Part shown: piece by piece, positions 1-11,417 of the stretch
Layout of the letters: each line of letters starts with the position of its first letter
Numbering within the stretch: the first letter of the stretch is position 1
Assembly (NCBI GenBank): GCA_963771045.1
Contig: CAVYRW010000004.1
Location: 1,873,436-1,937,435 of the forward strand
Source: Waddliaceae bacterium
Lineage (GTDB): Bacteria; Chlamydiota; Chlamydiia; Chlamydiales; SLFE01
DNA length: 64,000 bases
Reading direction: 5' to 3'
Made by a program: the position numbers and the translations under genes
The notes under the pieces: generated by a model
The model's database searches: none
What the model was told of the DNA's origin: nothing
The model's input: the letters and a program-made list of their open reading frames with translations, nothing else

Positions 1-101
1 AAAATGGGCTATCGCTCTTCTAGACACTCCCTTTGTCTACCTCGGGAAATATCTTCTTACAAGAGGGACTCCTATTCTCGAGTCATGCGCAATAACATTT
101 G

Positions 102-2289
102 TTATTTGGTCTTAGCCATTTTATTGAGGGATCTCAGATCGAGCTTTCCACTGCTAAGCAATGGGAGCTTGTCAATGGCATGGAATTGATCTTTTTTAGG
201 GATAAACAGGTTGGGAAGCCCCTGACAGGAAAGTTTTTTAATCAGGTCTTGAATGTGCTTTTGATCATAGGTGTGGAAAACCAAGATCTTCTCCCCCTTC
301 TTTCTGTCGGGAGCGGAAGCGACGGCAAAAACTTGCGGCTCGATACCGGCTGCTGCGTGAAGAGCTTCCTCAATCTGCCAATGAGGGATCATTTCCCCAC
401 CGATTTTACTGAAGCGGGACAAGCGATCGGTAATGTGCAGATAGCCATCCTGATCAACAAAACCGATATCCCCTGTCACATACCACCCCTCGTGTATCAC
501 TTCGCAGGTTAAATCTTCGCGGTTCAAATACCCTTTCATAACATTTGGCCCCTTAACTAAAACAAGGCCGGGAATTTCATAAGGGAGATCGCCTAGGGTT
601 TCGGGATCGACCGCTTTGACGAACACCCCGGGAAGAGGAGGACCGACCGTACCAGGTATAAAACCGCTAGGGCAGGTCCTATTGCTGCGGCAATCCAAGA
701 TATTCGTCGAGACGACAGGGCTGCACTCTGATGTGCCAAATCCTTCAATGGGAATAATATTAAATTTTTCCTGAAAAGCATCGGCCAAAATCCGCGGCAT
801 CCGTTCAGCTCCAGTGAGAACGCAGCGGACGAAACGAAATTTCGAGGGCGGGTATTTTTTTCATGTAGCCTCTTAGAAAAGTCGGCGTGCTGATGACGAT
901 GCTAATTTTCCACCGCTCAAGAAGATCGCCGATTTTCGCATAATCGAGAGGGTTGGGATGTAAGAATCATCGTCAAGTCATAGTTAAGTCCCAGCCAAAG
1001 AAGCATGTAGCCGAAAGCATGGAAAAAGGGAAGGATGGCCAAAGCGGAGAGACGGCAGCCATCGGTTAGGATCACCTGCGAGATAGCGTCGGCATTGGAG
1101 CCAACATTAAAGTGGCTTAAGACCACGCCTTTCGGCTCGCCCGTCGATCCGCTGGTAAAAATGACTGTCAGTGTATCCTCTGAGGTGATTTTCCGTTTTG
1201 CTCCGCACATTTTCTCTATAAGTCTTATCGGAGCAAAAAGCGCCAAAAGCAAAGCTATTATTCGGTCTTTCGAAACTGATTGTTTTCCGAATGTCTTCAA
1301 GATAAAGTATTGTCACATGATCGGGCAAGGCGAGGTTCATCTTTGCCAGAAATTGCCGGCTTGTCACCAATGTTTTAATATCCGCTTGTTTGATGGCCGA
1401 AACAATGCCCTCATAACCTGTCGAGAAATTCAAATTGATGACGGCCCTTCCGGAAAATGTGACTGCCGCGTTAGCTAGAACTGAGCCGCAGCACTGGGGC
1501 AAAAGAACACCGACATAATCTTGATCCTTCCAATAGGGATTTAATTTGCAGGCAAGGGCAATGCTCCCGATCAGAGTTTTCAGATAGGAAACTTTCGGCG
1601 ATGTTTCGTCTCCCATGATTTTTCTGAATGCTTTGCTGCGGGCATTGTGGACAAATCCATGATGAACGGGCCTGGCAGCTGCCCTTCTCCCCATCCAAAT
1701 TTCAAAGCCCAGCTTCTGGATCTCTTCGACAATTTCAGCAGGATACATCCTACCGCAGGCAGGCTTGCCAAAAGAGATGGTCACGGGATGGGGAAATTTT
1801 TTTGCGACCAGCCGTCCGAGCTTTTCGTCAAAGAGACCTCCCCACAAATTGTCCACATAAAGCGGAATGACCGGACAGTCCCGCCCTTTCATTATGAGCT
1901 CCAGGCTGCGCCGAAATGAAAGCATGAAGCCCAAATTCCCTTCGGTCTCTTCAGGATAGAGGCAAACGACTTTTCCCTCGTCAAGCAGAGCGGCCCCGGC
2001 CTGAAGCTCCTTGAGCAAAATAGCGGGATGTTCGGTCGTCGTCACAGGGAATAGCGTTTAGAAGCTCGGCAAAAGGACGCATCCACCATTTTCTGCAAAG
2101 ATGCCGGGGTATGAGAATATAAACTTCGCGGCCGATTTTTTGAACAAGAAAAAGCATGTCAATCAAAGAAAGGCGGTTGGCCGCAAGAAGCGCTGCACCC
2201 TTTTTTGGGATATGGTGTTCTCCGAAAACCCTGACACGGTAAATCGTTCGGGATAAAATAAAAAATAGAATACCGAATAATCTTTTCAT
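102..2289 (-). pseudogene. aas: Aas-like bifunctional acyltransferase / acyl-ACP (AMP-dependent) synthetase, frame broken at least 4 times
   Basis: Minus-strand pieces 1981-2457, 1107-2045, 917-1300 and 102-800 read consecutively. First comes a PlsC-type acyltransferase (..GAALLAANRLSLIDMLFL.., ..VCLYPEETEGN..). An adenylation domain follows (TSGSTGEPKGVVLSH; WYVTGDIGFVDQDGYLHITDRLSRFSKIGGEMIP). The pieces join only by changing frame. Start MKRLFG at 2289. Confidence 0.8.
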
Positions 2290-2359
2290 AGCTCCATTAT
2301 CTACAAAAATGGAATAATTATGGACATAAATCGCTAAAATAGGAATATTGTGACAGAGT

Positions 2360-3239
2360 ATGCGAATACCACCAACTTTATGCGGAGTACTGGCTTTATT
2401 CTTTTGGTCCTTAACGGCCACAGTACAGTAGAGCTCTATGAAATACCCACTTTCCAAATGCTTTTTTTTAATTTTTCCGCAGGGTTTGCCATCTCCTGTA
2501 TTTGGGCGACTTTTCTGAAGCAGTGGACAAGTATTCTCAATCTGCCGTTTAGCGTTTGGGCTGTAGGAATCCTCGGCCTCTTTTGCAATGTATCGGCCTA
2601 TACAACAGCCTTTAAACTGGCTCCTGCCGCCCAGGTGGACCTCATCTACTATCTTTGGCCTCTTTTTACAATCTGCCTAACGCAAATACTTCAGCCGCTA
2701 TTTTCCGGAAGTTATATCGCCGGCGCTCTTTTAGGGTTTGCAGGAGTTTTTTTTCTGATATTCAACGAACCAAAGACAAGCAACTCTTTCAGGAAAGCCT
2801 TATGGGCTATGGCTATGCGATTTTTGCCGCTCTCAGCTGGACCGGCTATATTATCTTTTCCAGAAGGCATCCCAATGCTCCCCCGTATACAATTGGGCTT
2901 TGCTGCGGAATCGCCGCCATTTTATCGCTGATTTGCCACCGCAATTTCGAATCCTCCGTGTCAATGAATCCGAGCCACTGGGGACTCTTATTATTTTTAG
3001 GAAGCTGCATTACAGGAACGTCCTTCGCTCTTTGGGATTATGGCGTCAAAAAGGGAAATGTCCGTTTGCTCGGCGTTCTCTCTTATTTTACCCCAATCTG
3101 GTCGATCCTTTTCCTTGTGATGAGAAACCGCGCGGAATTTTCTCTCTACCTTATCGTTTCCACTTTGCTTGTCGTGATTGGAAGCTCATTTACCCTTATT
3201 TACGAATATAAAAGATCTTGGAAAAGGCTCAAAATATGA
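2360..3239 (+). pseudogene. EamA/DMT-family transporter, 2 frame breaks
   Basis: The N-terminus MRIPPTLCGVLALFFWSLTATV reads in one frame. It continues in ORF 2350-2931 and then in ORF 2655-3239 (..YAIFAALSWTGYIIFSRR.., ..LGVLSYFTPIWSILFLV..). This gives a ten-helix hydrophobic pattern with two EamA repeats. The stop overlaps the next start (ATGA at 3236). Confidence 0.7.
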
Positions 3240-4431
3240 TCAGTTTAAGGAATCTAACTTTCACACCGCAGGAATATGAACGAAGAGTCGAATCGCTCAG
3301 GCGCAGAATGGCTAAAAGAAATTTGGACGCTGTCATGCTGAGCGATCCGGCAAACATCGCCTATTTAACAGGATATTTCACCACCGGCTACGGAACTTTT
3401 CAGTCTTTAATCATTACCTCTCAGCGCGCCTGGATGGTGACCCGTCTTTTGGAGGAGTCCAATGTCATCACCAGAACCTGGATCGACCTCACCCGCCCCT
3501 ATCTCGATACCGAAGATCCTCTTGAAGTGGTGAAAAAATCATTCAAAGAATTTAATTTTCAAGGAAAAACTCTCGGCATTGAATCCCAATGTTTTTTCCT
3601 TCCCATGCATTTTCAGGAAAAAATAAAGGATTGCCTAAGACGAATATACGATTGAAGACTGCACAGGTATTGTAGAAGAAGGGGAGGATTATCAAATCCG
3701 AACAGGAAATCGGTTTGATGGAGGAAATCGCCGAGATTACGGAAAAGTCTATGCTCGCAGGACTAAAAGCGGTCAAAGCCGGCGTCAATGAAAACGATAT
3801 TTCGGCCGCTATCCACCACGCTATGTACAGTTCGGGAGGCGAGTTTCCCGCTGTGGCACCTTACATAACATCAGGTCCAAGAACTCTGATCGGCCATGCC
3901 ACATGGGAGGGAAGAAGCATAAAAAAGGGCGACTGCGTTTTCATCGAGCTGGCGGGATGCAAAAAACGGTATCACACCGCCATGATGCGCACCCTTTTTA
4001 TCGGGGATCCGCCAAAAGAATTACTCGAAGCCGAAAAGATGGTCAAGAGGGCGCTAAACGAGTGCAAAAAAGCGATGAAACCCGGGGTCCCCATCGAAAA
4101 TATTGACTCGATTAGCCGGGACATTATCGCCGACAATACAATCGGCGCCACGCAGATCACACGGTCGGGCTATTCAATCGGCATCGCATTCGCCCCGAGC
4201 TGGGATGAGGGGCATATCCTGAGTTTCAAGCAAGGGGAAAAGACTCCGATTCAGGAAAATATGACATTCCACCTAATCCCCTGGCTGCAGCTTCCGAAAC
4301 TCTTTATGGTGATGGGCCTTTCCGAAACCGTCCATGTAACCCCTGAAGGAGCCAAAAGCTTTTTCAATCTGGAGCCCGGGTCTGATAATCAAATAGTTTT
4401 TCCCAACCTTTTCCCGCGGGCTTTTTTATAA
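3236..4431 (+). pseudogene. Creatinase/M24 peptidase-family hydrolase (DoeA/EutD-like), 2 frame breaks near 3645-3690
   Basis: Creatinase_N-like N-terminal half (MISLRNLTFTPQEYERRVESLRRRMAKRNLDAVMLSDPANIAYLTGY). M24 pita-bread C-terminal half (..RIIKSEQEIGLMEEIAEITEKSMLAGLKAV..GDCVFIELAGCKKRYHTAMMRT..). The three frames connect through EYTIEDCTGIVEEG. Confidence 0.75.
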
Positions 4432-5370
4432 GCAAGATTGGCGATCGCCGTATCCTGGGCCCCTGTTCCCGTCAAATCGCAAAGGGTCATATCTTTAGGA
4501 TTTCTCTTCAGTTACGCCGTTTACCAGAAATGATCTCCCCGATTTCCCGGATAGGAGTTGAATCATTGATGATATTTTGCCGATAAGCGTGATGCAATTC
4601 TCCAAGCCGAAGGCTTTGAGTCTTGCCTATCGCAGACGATATGTTGAACTTTGCTGAAGACTTCGGTATGAAGCTCCTGCTTATCTTCGGCGTCCGCTCC
4701 CATTGATGTGATATGCAGGCCGGGCCGGATCCATTCCGATTTGATATAGGGTTTTTTCGAAGGGGTCGAGGTAATGAGAATATCCGAAGTTTCGACCAAT
4801 TTCCGAAGATCGTCCTCTCTTTGTCCTTTAACCCCCAGCTCTTCGGACATCTTGTGCGCAAATTTTTCCGAATGCTCGGGCTCTAGGCTGTAAACATATA
4901 ACCTATCGAAGGGACGGACCAGCTTCAAAGCGCGCAATTGATACCCTGCCTGCTTGCCGGCTCCAACGATCCCTACGGTTTTCGCTTCAGAATTTGCCAG
5001 GTACTTTGATGCGACTGCCCCCGCGATTCCCGTTCTGATATCTGTCAGGTAGCCATTGTCGAGAAGAAGAGCTTCGGGCATGCCGGTTTTTGAGTTGAAA
5101 AGAACCATGAGGCCGCTGCCGCTGTCAAGGCCGATTTTCGGATTGTCGAAAAATCCTGTCGACATTTTAACGGCAAAATAGTCAAACCCTTTGATATAGG
5201 CCGATTTGACATCGATCTCTCCGTTGTTTTCCCGTCACATCAAGCCGCTGCACAGGCGGCATGACCACTTCATCTTGCGCCAAAGAGGAAAACGCATTTT
5301 CAATTTCTTTCAGCTCCTCTTCCCCAATAAAGACGCATTCTTTCAAGTCTTTTTCCGTCAATATCAACAT
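4389..5370 (-). pseudogene. Ornithine cyclodeaminase/mu-crystallin family protein (EutC-like), at least 3 frame breaks
   Basis: Pieces 5182-5370 (MLILTEKDLKECV..), 4563-5165 (..LTDIRTGIAGAVASKYLANSEAKTVGIVGAGKQAGYQLRAL..) and 4508-4861, plus a tail (..PKDMTLCDLTGTGAQDTAIANLAY..) ending at 4389. Contains a Rossmann GxGxxA motif. Confidence 0.75.
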
Positions 5371-6337
5371 TATCTTACCACCTCCTGAAATGATTTCATA
5401 TCTACATTCCGTCCGCTTAAAATAAAGGCTGCAGGACCTGCAGCAGCGGGGAGCTTGCCCGCAAGCTGGGCAGCAATGCCGACGGCTGCCGCTCCTTCCA
5501 AAACGAAACGGAGATGTAAATAGACAAACTTCAAAGCCTGCCTGATTTCCGCTTCCGACACTAAGATCAGATCGTCGACATATTTTTTTGTCAGCCGAAA
5601 CGTGTGCCGATTATCCAGACCCGATCCCCCCTTTCAAACTGTCGGCCAAAGTCTTGAGTTCATCAACCTCTACCGGGCGGCCCTTTTTTCAAACTTTCAT
5701 ACATGGCGGCCCCGCTTTCCATTGACACGCCGATAACGCGAATATTGCGGATTGCTTTCTTTGAGCGCCAGGGCGATGCCCGCTATCAGTCCCGCCTCCT
5801 GAAACAGGGACGATCACAGAACCGATTTCAGGGCACTCTTTTAGAATCTCCAGGCCGATCGTCCCCTGCCCGCTGATCACAAAAGGATCGTCGAAGGGAG
5901 GAACCAAAACCCTGTTTTCCTCTTCAACCGTCCGGAGGGCAGCGGCATATGCTTCATCGTATGAGTTCCCAGTAATGCTCAGTTCCGCGCCAAGGTCGCG
6001 AATAGCCTCCACTTTATTTTCAGGCACATTCTTCGATAAAAATACCCGGCAGGAAATGCCCAGTTTTTTCGCTAGCAAAAGAAACAGCCCTGCCATGATT
6101 GCCTGTCGAGACAGCGACGACGCCCCGCTTCTTTTCCTCTGCAGTCATGTTCAGCAGGCGGCTGGCGGCTCCCCGAACCTTGAAAGAACCTGTTTGCTGG
6201 CAGACCTCCAGTTTTAAAAGCGCCTGTTTCCCGATTATTTTGGATAAAGGAGCCGATTCGACAAGCGGCGTCCTTTGAGCTAAAGAATAGATGCTTTCCC
6301 CGGCGGCCTGGATATCCGAAAGAGCCATGTCTTGCAT
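5370..6337 (-). pseudogene. PLP-dependent threonine/serine dehydratase-family protein (EutB-like), at least 3 frame breaks
   Basis: N-terminus MQDMALSDIQAAGESIYSLAQRTPLVESAPLSKIIGKQALLKLEVCQQTGSFKVRGA carries the PLP-lysine motif. Middle piece 5689-6096 (..VISGQGTIGLEILKECPEIGSVIVPVSGGG..). C-terminal piece 5370-5561. The stop overlaps the start of the ocd-like gene (TAATG). Confidence 0.75.
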
Positions 6338-6418
6338 TTCTTTTTCCTTTAAGGTTGTTAAAAATTCCCATTCTAAACATGATGAAAGCTTTATATCAAT
6401 GCATGAAGGAGAAAAAAA

Positions 6419-7629
6419 ATGAGCGGCCGGCATCATCCCAAAAAAGGAACGCTTTCGATCTGGGGAGGCGAACATCGAAAAACGGAAAATTGGCAAAGGG
6501 CCACTCAAGTTCCCATCGTTAACAGTGTATCGTTCGGATATGACGATCTGGACAACTGGCTTGACGTGGCTTTGGGAAAAGCCGAGGGGCACATCTACAG
6601 CCGCAACACAAATCCGACTGTCCACGTCTTTGAAGAGAAGGTGCGCGAGCTGGAAAATGGCGAAGCCGCGACAAGCTTCTCGACCGGGATGGCCGCTATC
6701 AGCAACACCCTCTACACCCTCCTTTCCCCGGGAGACCGCATCGTCTCTGTCAAGGATACCTATGGAGGGACAAATAAAATCTTCAGCGAGTTTCTCCCAA
6801 AAATCCATGTCGATGTCGTCTTTGTGTGACACAACCGATCATGAGAAAATCGAAAAAGAGACCGCTCGCGGGTGCAAAGTCCTCTATATGGAAAGTCCCT
6901 ACAAACCCGACACTCAAAGTCATGGACTTGAAAAGATTAATCGAAGCCGGCAAGAAAGCCGGCGCAACCACCATAGTCGACAACACCTTCGCCACTCCGA
7001 TTAACCAAAATCCCCTCTCTTTGGGCGCCGACCTTGTGCTTCACAGCGCCACCAAATTTCTCGGCGGCCATGCCGATGCCCTCGGCGGAGTCGTTTGCGG
7101 CCCGAAACAACTTATCCATCAAATCTATCATTACCGCGAAATCAACGGCGCGACGCTCGATCCCCACGCCGCCTATCTCTTGCTGCGGGGAATGAAAACA
7201 CTGCATTTGAGAATCCGGCAGCAAAACGAAAGCGCTTTGGCAATTGCCGAATTTCTGGAAAACCATAAAGCCGTTGAGAGGGTATTCTATCCCGGCCTAA
7301 AGAGCCACCCCGGCCATGAGATCGCCAAAAAGCAGATGTCGGGCTTCGGTGGAATGCTCAGCTTCCAACTGAAAGGAGGATTCGATTCCGTGAAGAGATT
7401 CATCCTCAAGCTGAAATATTGCCACGCCGCCGCCAATCTTGGCGCCGTAGAAACCGTCGTAGGTCCTCCAAGAACGACCAGCCATGTCGAGTGCACCGCG
7501 GAAGAGAGAAAGGCGCTGGGAATTCCCGAAAGCCTGATACGCTATTCAACAGGCATCGAAGATCTCGAAGATCTGATCGCCGATCTCAAACAGGCTCTTA
7601 TGTCGATACAAGAAGAGGCAGTGATTTAG
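6419..7629 (+). pseudogene. Cys/Met-metabolism PLP enzyme (cystathionine gamma-synthase / gamma-lyase family), 2 frame breaks near 6825-6900
   Basis: ..HIYSRNTNPTVHVFEEKVRELENGEAATSFSTGMAAI.. followed by ..DNTFATPINQNPLSLGADLVLHSATKFLGGHADALGGVV.. (the PLP-lysine SATK motif). Confidence 0.8.
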
Positions 7630-7630
7630 A

Positions 7631-8645
7631 ATGACGATAACGCAAGATATTTCAACTCCTGTGTGGACCGACTGGGATCCGCAGTTAGAAGGCAAGCAGC
7701 TCACTTATTTAAAAATCCCTTATTCTCGGGACAATTCCGCCTGGGGCTCCATTTGGATTCCTCTTGTTCAATTCAAAAGAGGAAAAGGGACAACCGTGCT
7801 CATGACCGGAGGCATCCACGGAGGAGAGTACGAAGGACCGATCTCTTTGATGAGACTGGTTCGCGAACTTGATATCGATGATGTGGCAGGGCGTGTCATC
7901 ATCCTTCCCTGCCTCAATTTGCCGGCGGTCCAGGCCGGAACAAGGGTGTCCCCTGTCGACGGTAGAGACTTAAATCGCTGCTTCCCGGGACGAAATAACG
8001 GTACCGTGACAGAAGTGATCGCCCACTACATTCATGATGTGATTCTCCCCGAAGCCGATGCTATCATCGACCTGCATGCAGGGGGCCAGTCGCTCAGCCT
8101 TGTTCCCTACATCAGCATGCATTATTTGGAAAACGAAATGCAATCCAGGCAAACCCATAAAGCTTTGTCTGCTTTCAATGCGCCCTATCAGGTGATTATG
8201 AAAGAGTTCAGCGGCGACGGCCTCATCGATTACGCCGCCGAAAAGATGGGGAAAATATTTCCTCTGCGCCGAACTGGGAGGTGCGGGAATCATTTCCCCG
8301 TATAATGTGGCCATTACCGATCAGGGCATTCGAAATATCCTGAAACATTTCCAAGTGATTCCCGGCAAGATCGAAAAATTGTCCGTGCCTTCCGTGCAGC
8401 TTTATGTCGATTCCCAGGATCAATACATTTATTCACACGATTCCGGTATTTTCGAGCCCTTCAAACTTCTTGGCGACACCATTGAGAAAGGTGAAATCGT
8501 TGGGCAGATTCACGACATTCAGGATATCGGCAAAACACCTATACCTTACTCCTCGTCTTGCGACGGCATCCTGATGGGCATGCGCGCTCCCGGGCTGACT
8601 GACAGAGGGGATTGCCTGAGCCTCATCGCAAAGAAAGAGGAATGA
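7631..8645 (+). pseudogene. Succinylglutamate desuccinylase/aspartoacylase (AstE/AspA) family deacylase (DoeB/EutE-like), 1 frame break near 8255
   Basis: ..TTVLMTGGIHGGEYEGPISLMRLVREL.. and ..DGRDLNRCFPG.. ..DLHAGG.. are zinc-carboxypeptidase-like motifs of this family. The C-terminal piece 8307-8645 continues after a frameshift. Confidence 0.75.
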
Positions 8646-9572
8646 ACATGTCGATAAAAACTGCCGCCGCATTTGCCCCCGCCACTGTTGCGAATCTCGC
8701 CTGCGGCTTCGATGTTCTGGGGTTGGCTTTGGAGTCGATCGGCGACATCGTAAAAGTAAAAACAAAAGACACTGCCGGCATCTCCATAAAAAACATCGAA
8801 GGAGATGGCGGAAAGCTGCCCCGGGAGGCGGAAAAAAATACAGCCGGGATTGCGGCAGGCGAATATCTGAAGAAATTGAATAAAGAAATCGGAATTGAAA
8901 TCGAGATCCAAAAAGGCATTCCCCTCTGCAGCGGCCTGGGATCCAGCGCCGCCAGCGCGGCGGCGGCCGTCTATGCTGCAAATGAACTTTTCGGCTCCTC
9001 CTTGCCGAAAGAAGAACTTCTCGTCTTCGCTCTGGAGGCGGAAAAAACAGTGGCAGGAGCCCCTCATGCCGACAATGCCGCTCCTTGCCTTATTCGGCGG
9101 GGTGACTCTGATCCGCGGCAGTGAAATTTTAAGCCTTCCCTTTCCCGAAAACCTGATCGTCATCATTGCCCATCCCGAATATGAGCTCAATACAAGAGAC
9201 AGCAGAAACGTTCTCCCGGAAAACATCCCTCTTCAAGACGCTGCAAAACAATGGAGCCACCTGGGAAGTTTAATCGTCGGCTTCTGCATGCAAAACACCG
9301 CATTGATTGGCCGCTCTCTAAAAGATCATATTATCGAGACCCATAGGGGCCCCCTGATCCCGGGATTCGACGCTGTTAAAAATGCTGCTCTCGACGCCGG
9401 AGCCCTTGGATGCTCCATAGCGGGAGCGGGCCCCTCGCTCTTTGCCATGTCCGACTCCCCTCAAACCGCTCGAAAAGTCGGCGAAGCGATGAGGAGCGCC
9501 TTTAAAACAAAGGGATACCCTTGCAATATCATACAATCTAAAATCAGCAAAACAGGATGCAGGCCGCTATGA
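8642..9572 (+). pseudogene. thrB: Homoserine kinase, 1 frame break near 9075-9085
   Basis: MNMSIKTAAAFAPATVANLACGFDVLGLAL.. and the GHMP kinase motif IPLCSGLGSSAASAAAAV. HADNAAP continues as ALFGGVTLIRG only after a 1-nt shift. The start overlaps the upstream stop (ATGA). Confidence 0.85.
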
Positions 9573-10807
9573 AGTTTTTCAGCACAAACGATGCTTCGAA
9601 CCGGATTTCTCTCAAAGAAGCTGTGCTGCATGCCTATCCCGAAGATAAGGGACTCTATCTGCCGACCGAAATTCCCCGCCTGCCGAAAGAATTTTTTGAC
9701 AATATCTCCAATCTTTCCTTACAGGAAATTTCGTTCCAGGCAGCCAAAGCCCTGATCGGGGAAGCCCTTGCCAAGCAGCAATTGGAAGAGATGATCAACG
9801 AGGCCATCAATTTCGATGCGCCTTTGATTCCCCTAACGGATTGCGCATTCGATTTTGGAACTGTTCCATGGCCCCACCCTGGCCTTCAAGGATTTTGGAG
9901 CCCGCTTCATGGCCCGCCTCATGAGCGCCTATACTCGGGAAGACAAGGAGAAGCTCACCATCCTTGTCGCTACTTCGGGAGATACCGGCAGCGCTGTCGC
10001 CCAAGGCTTTTATCAGGTGCCCGGCATCGAGGTGATGGTCTTTTATCCACAGGGACAAGTGAGTGAAATTCAAGAAAAGCAGTTCACAACATTGGGAAAA
10101 AATATCACCGCATTCGAGGTGAAAGGGACTTTCGACGACTGCCAGGCGCTCGTTAAGGAAGCCTTCTTAAACCTTGAGCTCAACAAACTCAGAGGTCTCA
10201 CTTCCGCCAACTCGATAAACATCGCCAGGCTGATTCCTCAGACATTTTATTATTTTTACGCCTACGCCAGGCTCAAGAAAAAAACGATGTCGTCTTTTCC
10301 ATTCCTAGCGGAAATTTCGGCAACTTAACCGCCGGCCTGATCGCGAAAAAGATGGGACTGCCTGTCTCGAAATTTATCGCTGCCACAAATATCAATGATG
10401 TCGTCCCCAAGTACTTGAAAACAGGCCAATTCGAACCCGGGCTGTCCAAGCATACCCTCTCCAATGCCATGGATGTAGGCAATCCCAGCAACTTCGCCCG
10501 CATGAAAAGCCTCTACCGCTCCCACAATATGTCAGGCGACATCTATGGAGCCTCGTTTACCGATGAGCAAACGCGCGAGTGCATCAAAAAAGTCTACGGC
10601 GAAACCGGATACATTCTCGATCCTCACGGCGCCATCGGATACCTCGGTTTGCAGCAGTATCAAAAATCCCATCCATGCTCCGGCATTGTCCTCGAAACCG
10701 CCCACCCCGCCAAGTTCCTCGATATCGTCGAACCCATCATCCACGAAAAAATCCCCATCCCCGAGCGCCTTGCAGAAACTATGACCCAAGAAAAAAAACC
10801 GTCATAA
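9569..10807 (+). pseudogene. thrC: Threonine synthase, at least 2 frame breaks (near 9845 and near 10275)
   Basis: MKFFSTNDASNRISLKEAVL.. followed by ..LELFHGPTLAFKDFGARFMA.. (PLP-lysine FKD motif), then ..ATSGDTGSAV.., ..SIPSGNFGNLTAG.. and ..LETAHPAKF... The start overlaps the thrB stop (ATGA). Confidence 0.85.
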
Positions 10808-10918
10808 TCGACCCCTCCATCGAAGCCATTTTAAGCTGGCTCGGAGCCCCCCAATCCTGAATCGTCTTTATTAAATCTTAATAAGATTTTGATAAAATTA
10901 CGAAAAAAGGTATTTTAA

Positions 10919-11407
10919 ATGAAATTAGAAAACGAAAAATATCTTGAAAAAAACTTTAAATTACTACAGAATGATAATATAAGAGTTGCGTACACATTCT
11001 GGGGCAACAGGGTCATTAAAACAAATGTTGATGGAAAGTCCATTCCAATCGATAAACTTTCTCATGAATTGTTTCTCTTTGCCTCCAAGAATTGTGCAGA
11101 AGCCGACCCTAATGTTAGATTATCCGGAATTAAGATCACTCAAAAAATCCAGGAATTTTACTCGGAAAGTGATAAGTTAATTTTTAAAACTAATCCTATC
11201 ACAATTATTTTTATTCTTTTTCGTCAAATTTTCATGTCTTATCATAGAAAACAGATCATGAACGGCACAGTGCACGATTATTTTTGCGCATACAGTCAAA
11301 ATGAATATATAAAAACATTTAATAGAATTCCGAGTCATGAAAATATAATCGGCAATCCCACTCGTATTGTTGTTTCAAAACAAGACATTGAAAAGACTCC
11401 AAAATAG
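10919..11407 (+). CDS. Hypothetical protein (orphan, low-GC block)
   Basis: 162-aa ORF with no motif I recognise. It begins about 110 nt after thrC in an AT-rich stretch. Confidence 0.35.
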   Translation: MKLENEKYLEKNFKLLQNDNIRVAYTFWGNRVIKTNVDGKSIPIDKLSHELFLFASKNCAEADPNVRLSGIKITQKIQEFYSESDKLIFKTNPITIIFILFRQIFMSYHRKQIMNGTVHDYFCAYSQNEYIKTFNRIPSHENIIGNPTRIVVSKQDIEKTPK

Positions 11408-11417
11408 TACTTCTTAG

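Noticed and set aside
6338-6832. N-terminal 165 aa of the 270-aa minus-strand ORF 6020-6832
   Set aside because: Only the part downstream of MQDMALSD (6337) matches the PLP-dehydratase family. The upstream part is antisense to the cystathionine-gamma-synthase-family gene and has no motif.
8433-9226. Long minus-strand ORFs (182 and 226 aa) across the thrB region
   Set aside because: They are antisense to a clearly recognisable homoserine kinase and have Arg/Pro/Cys-rich low-complexity translations. They are typical shadow ORFs of a GC-richer gene.
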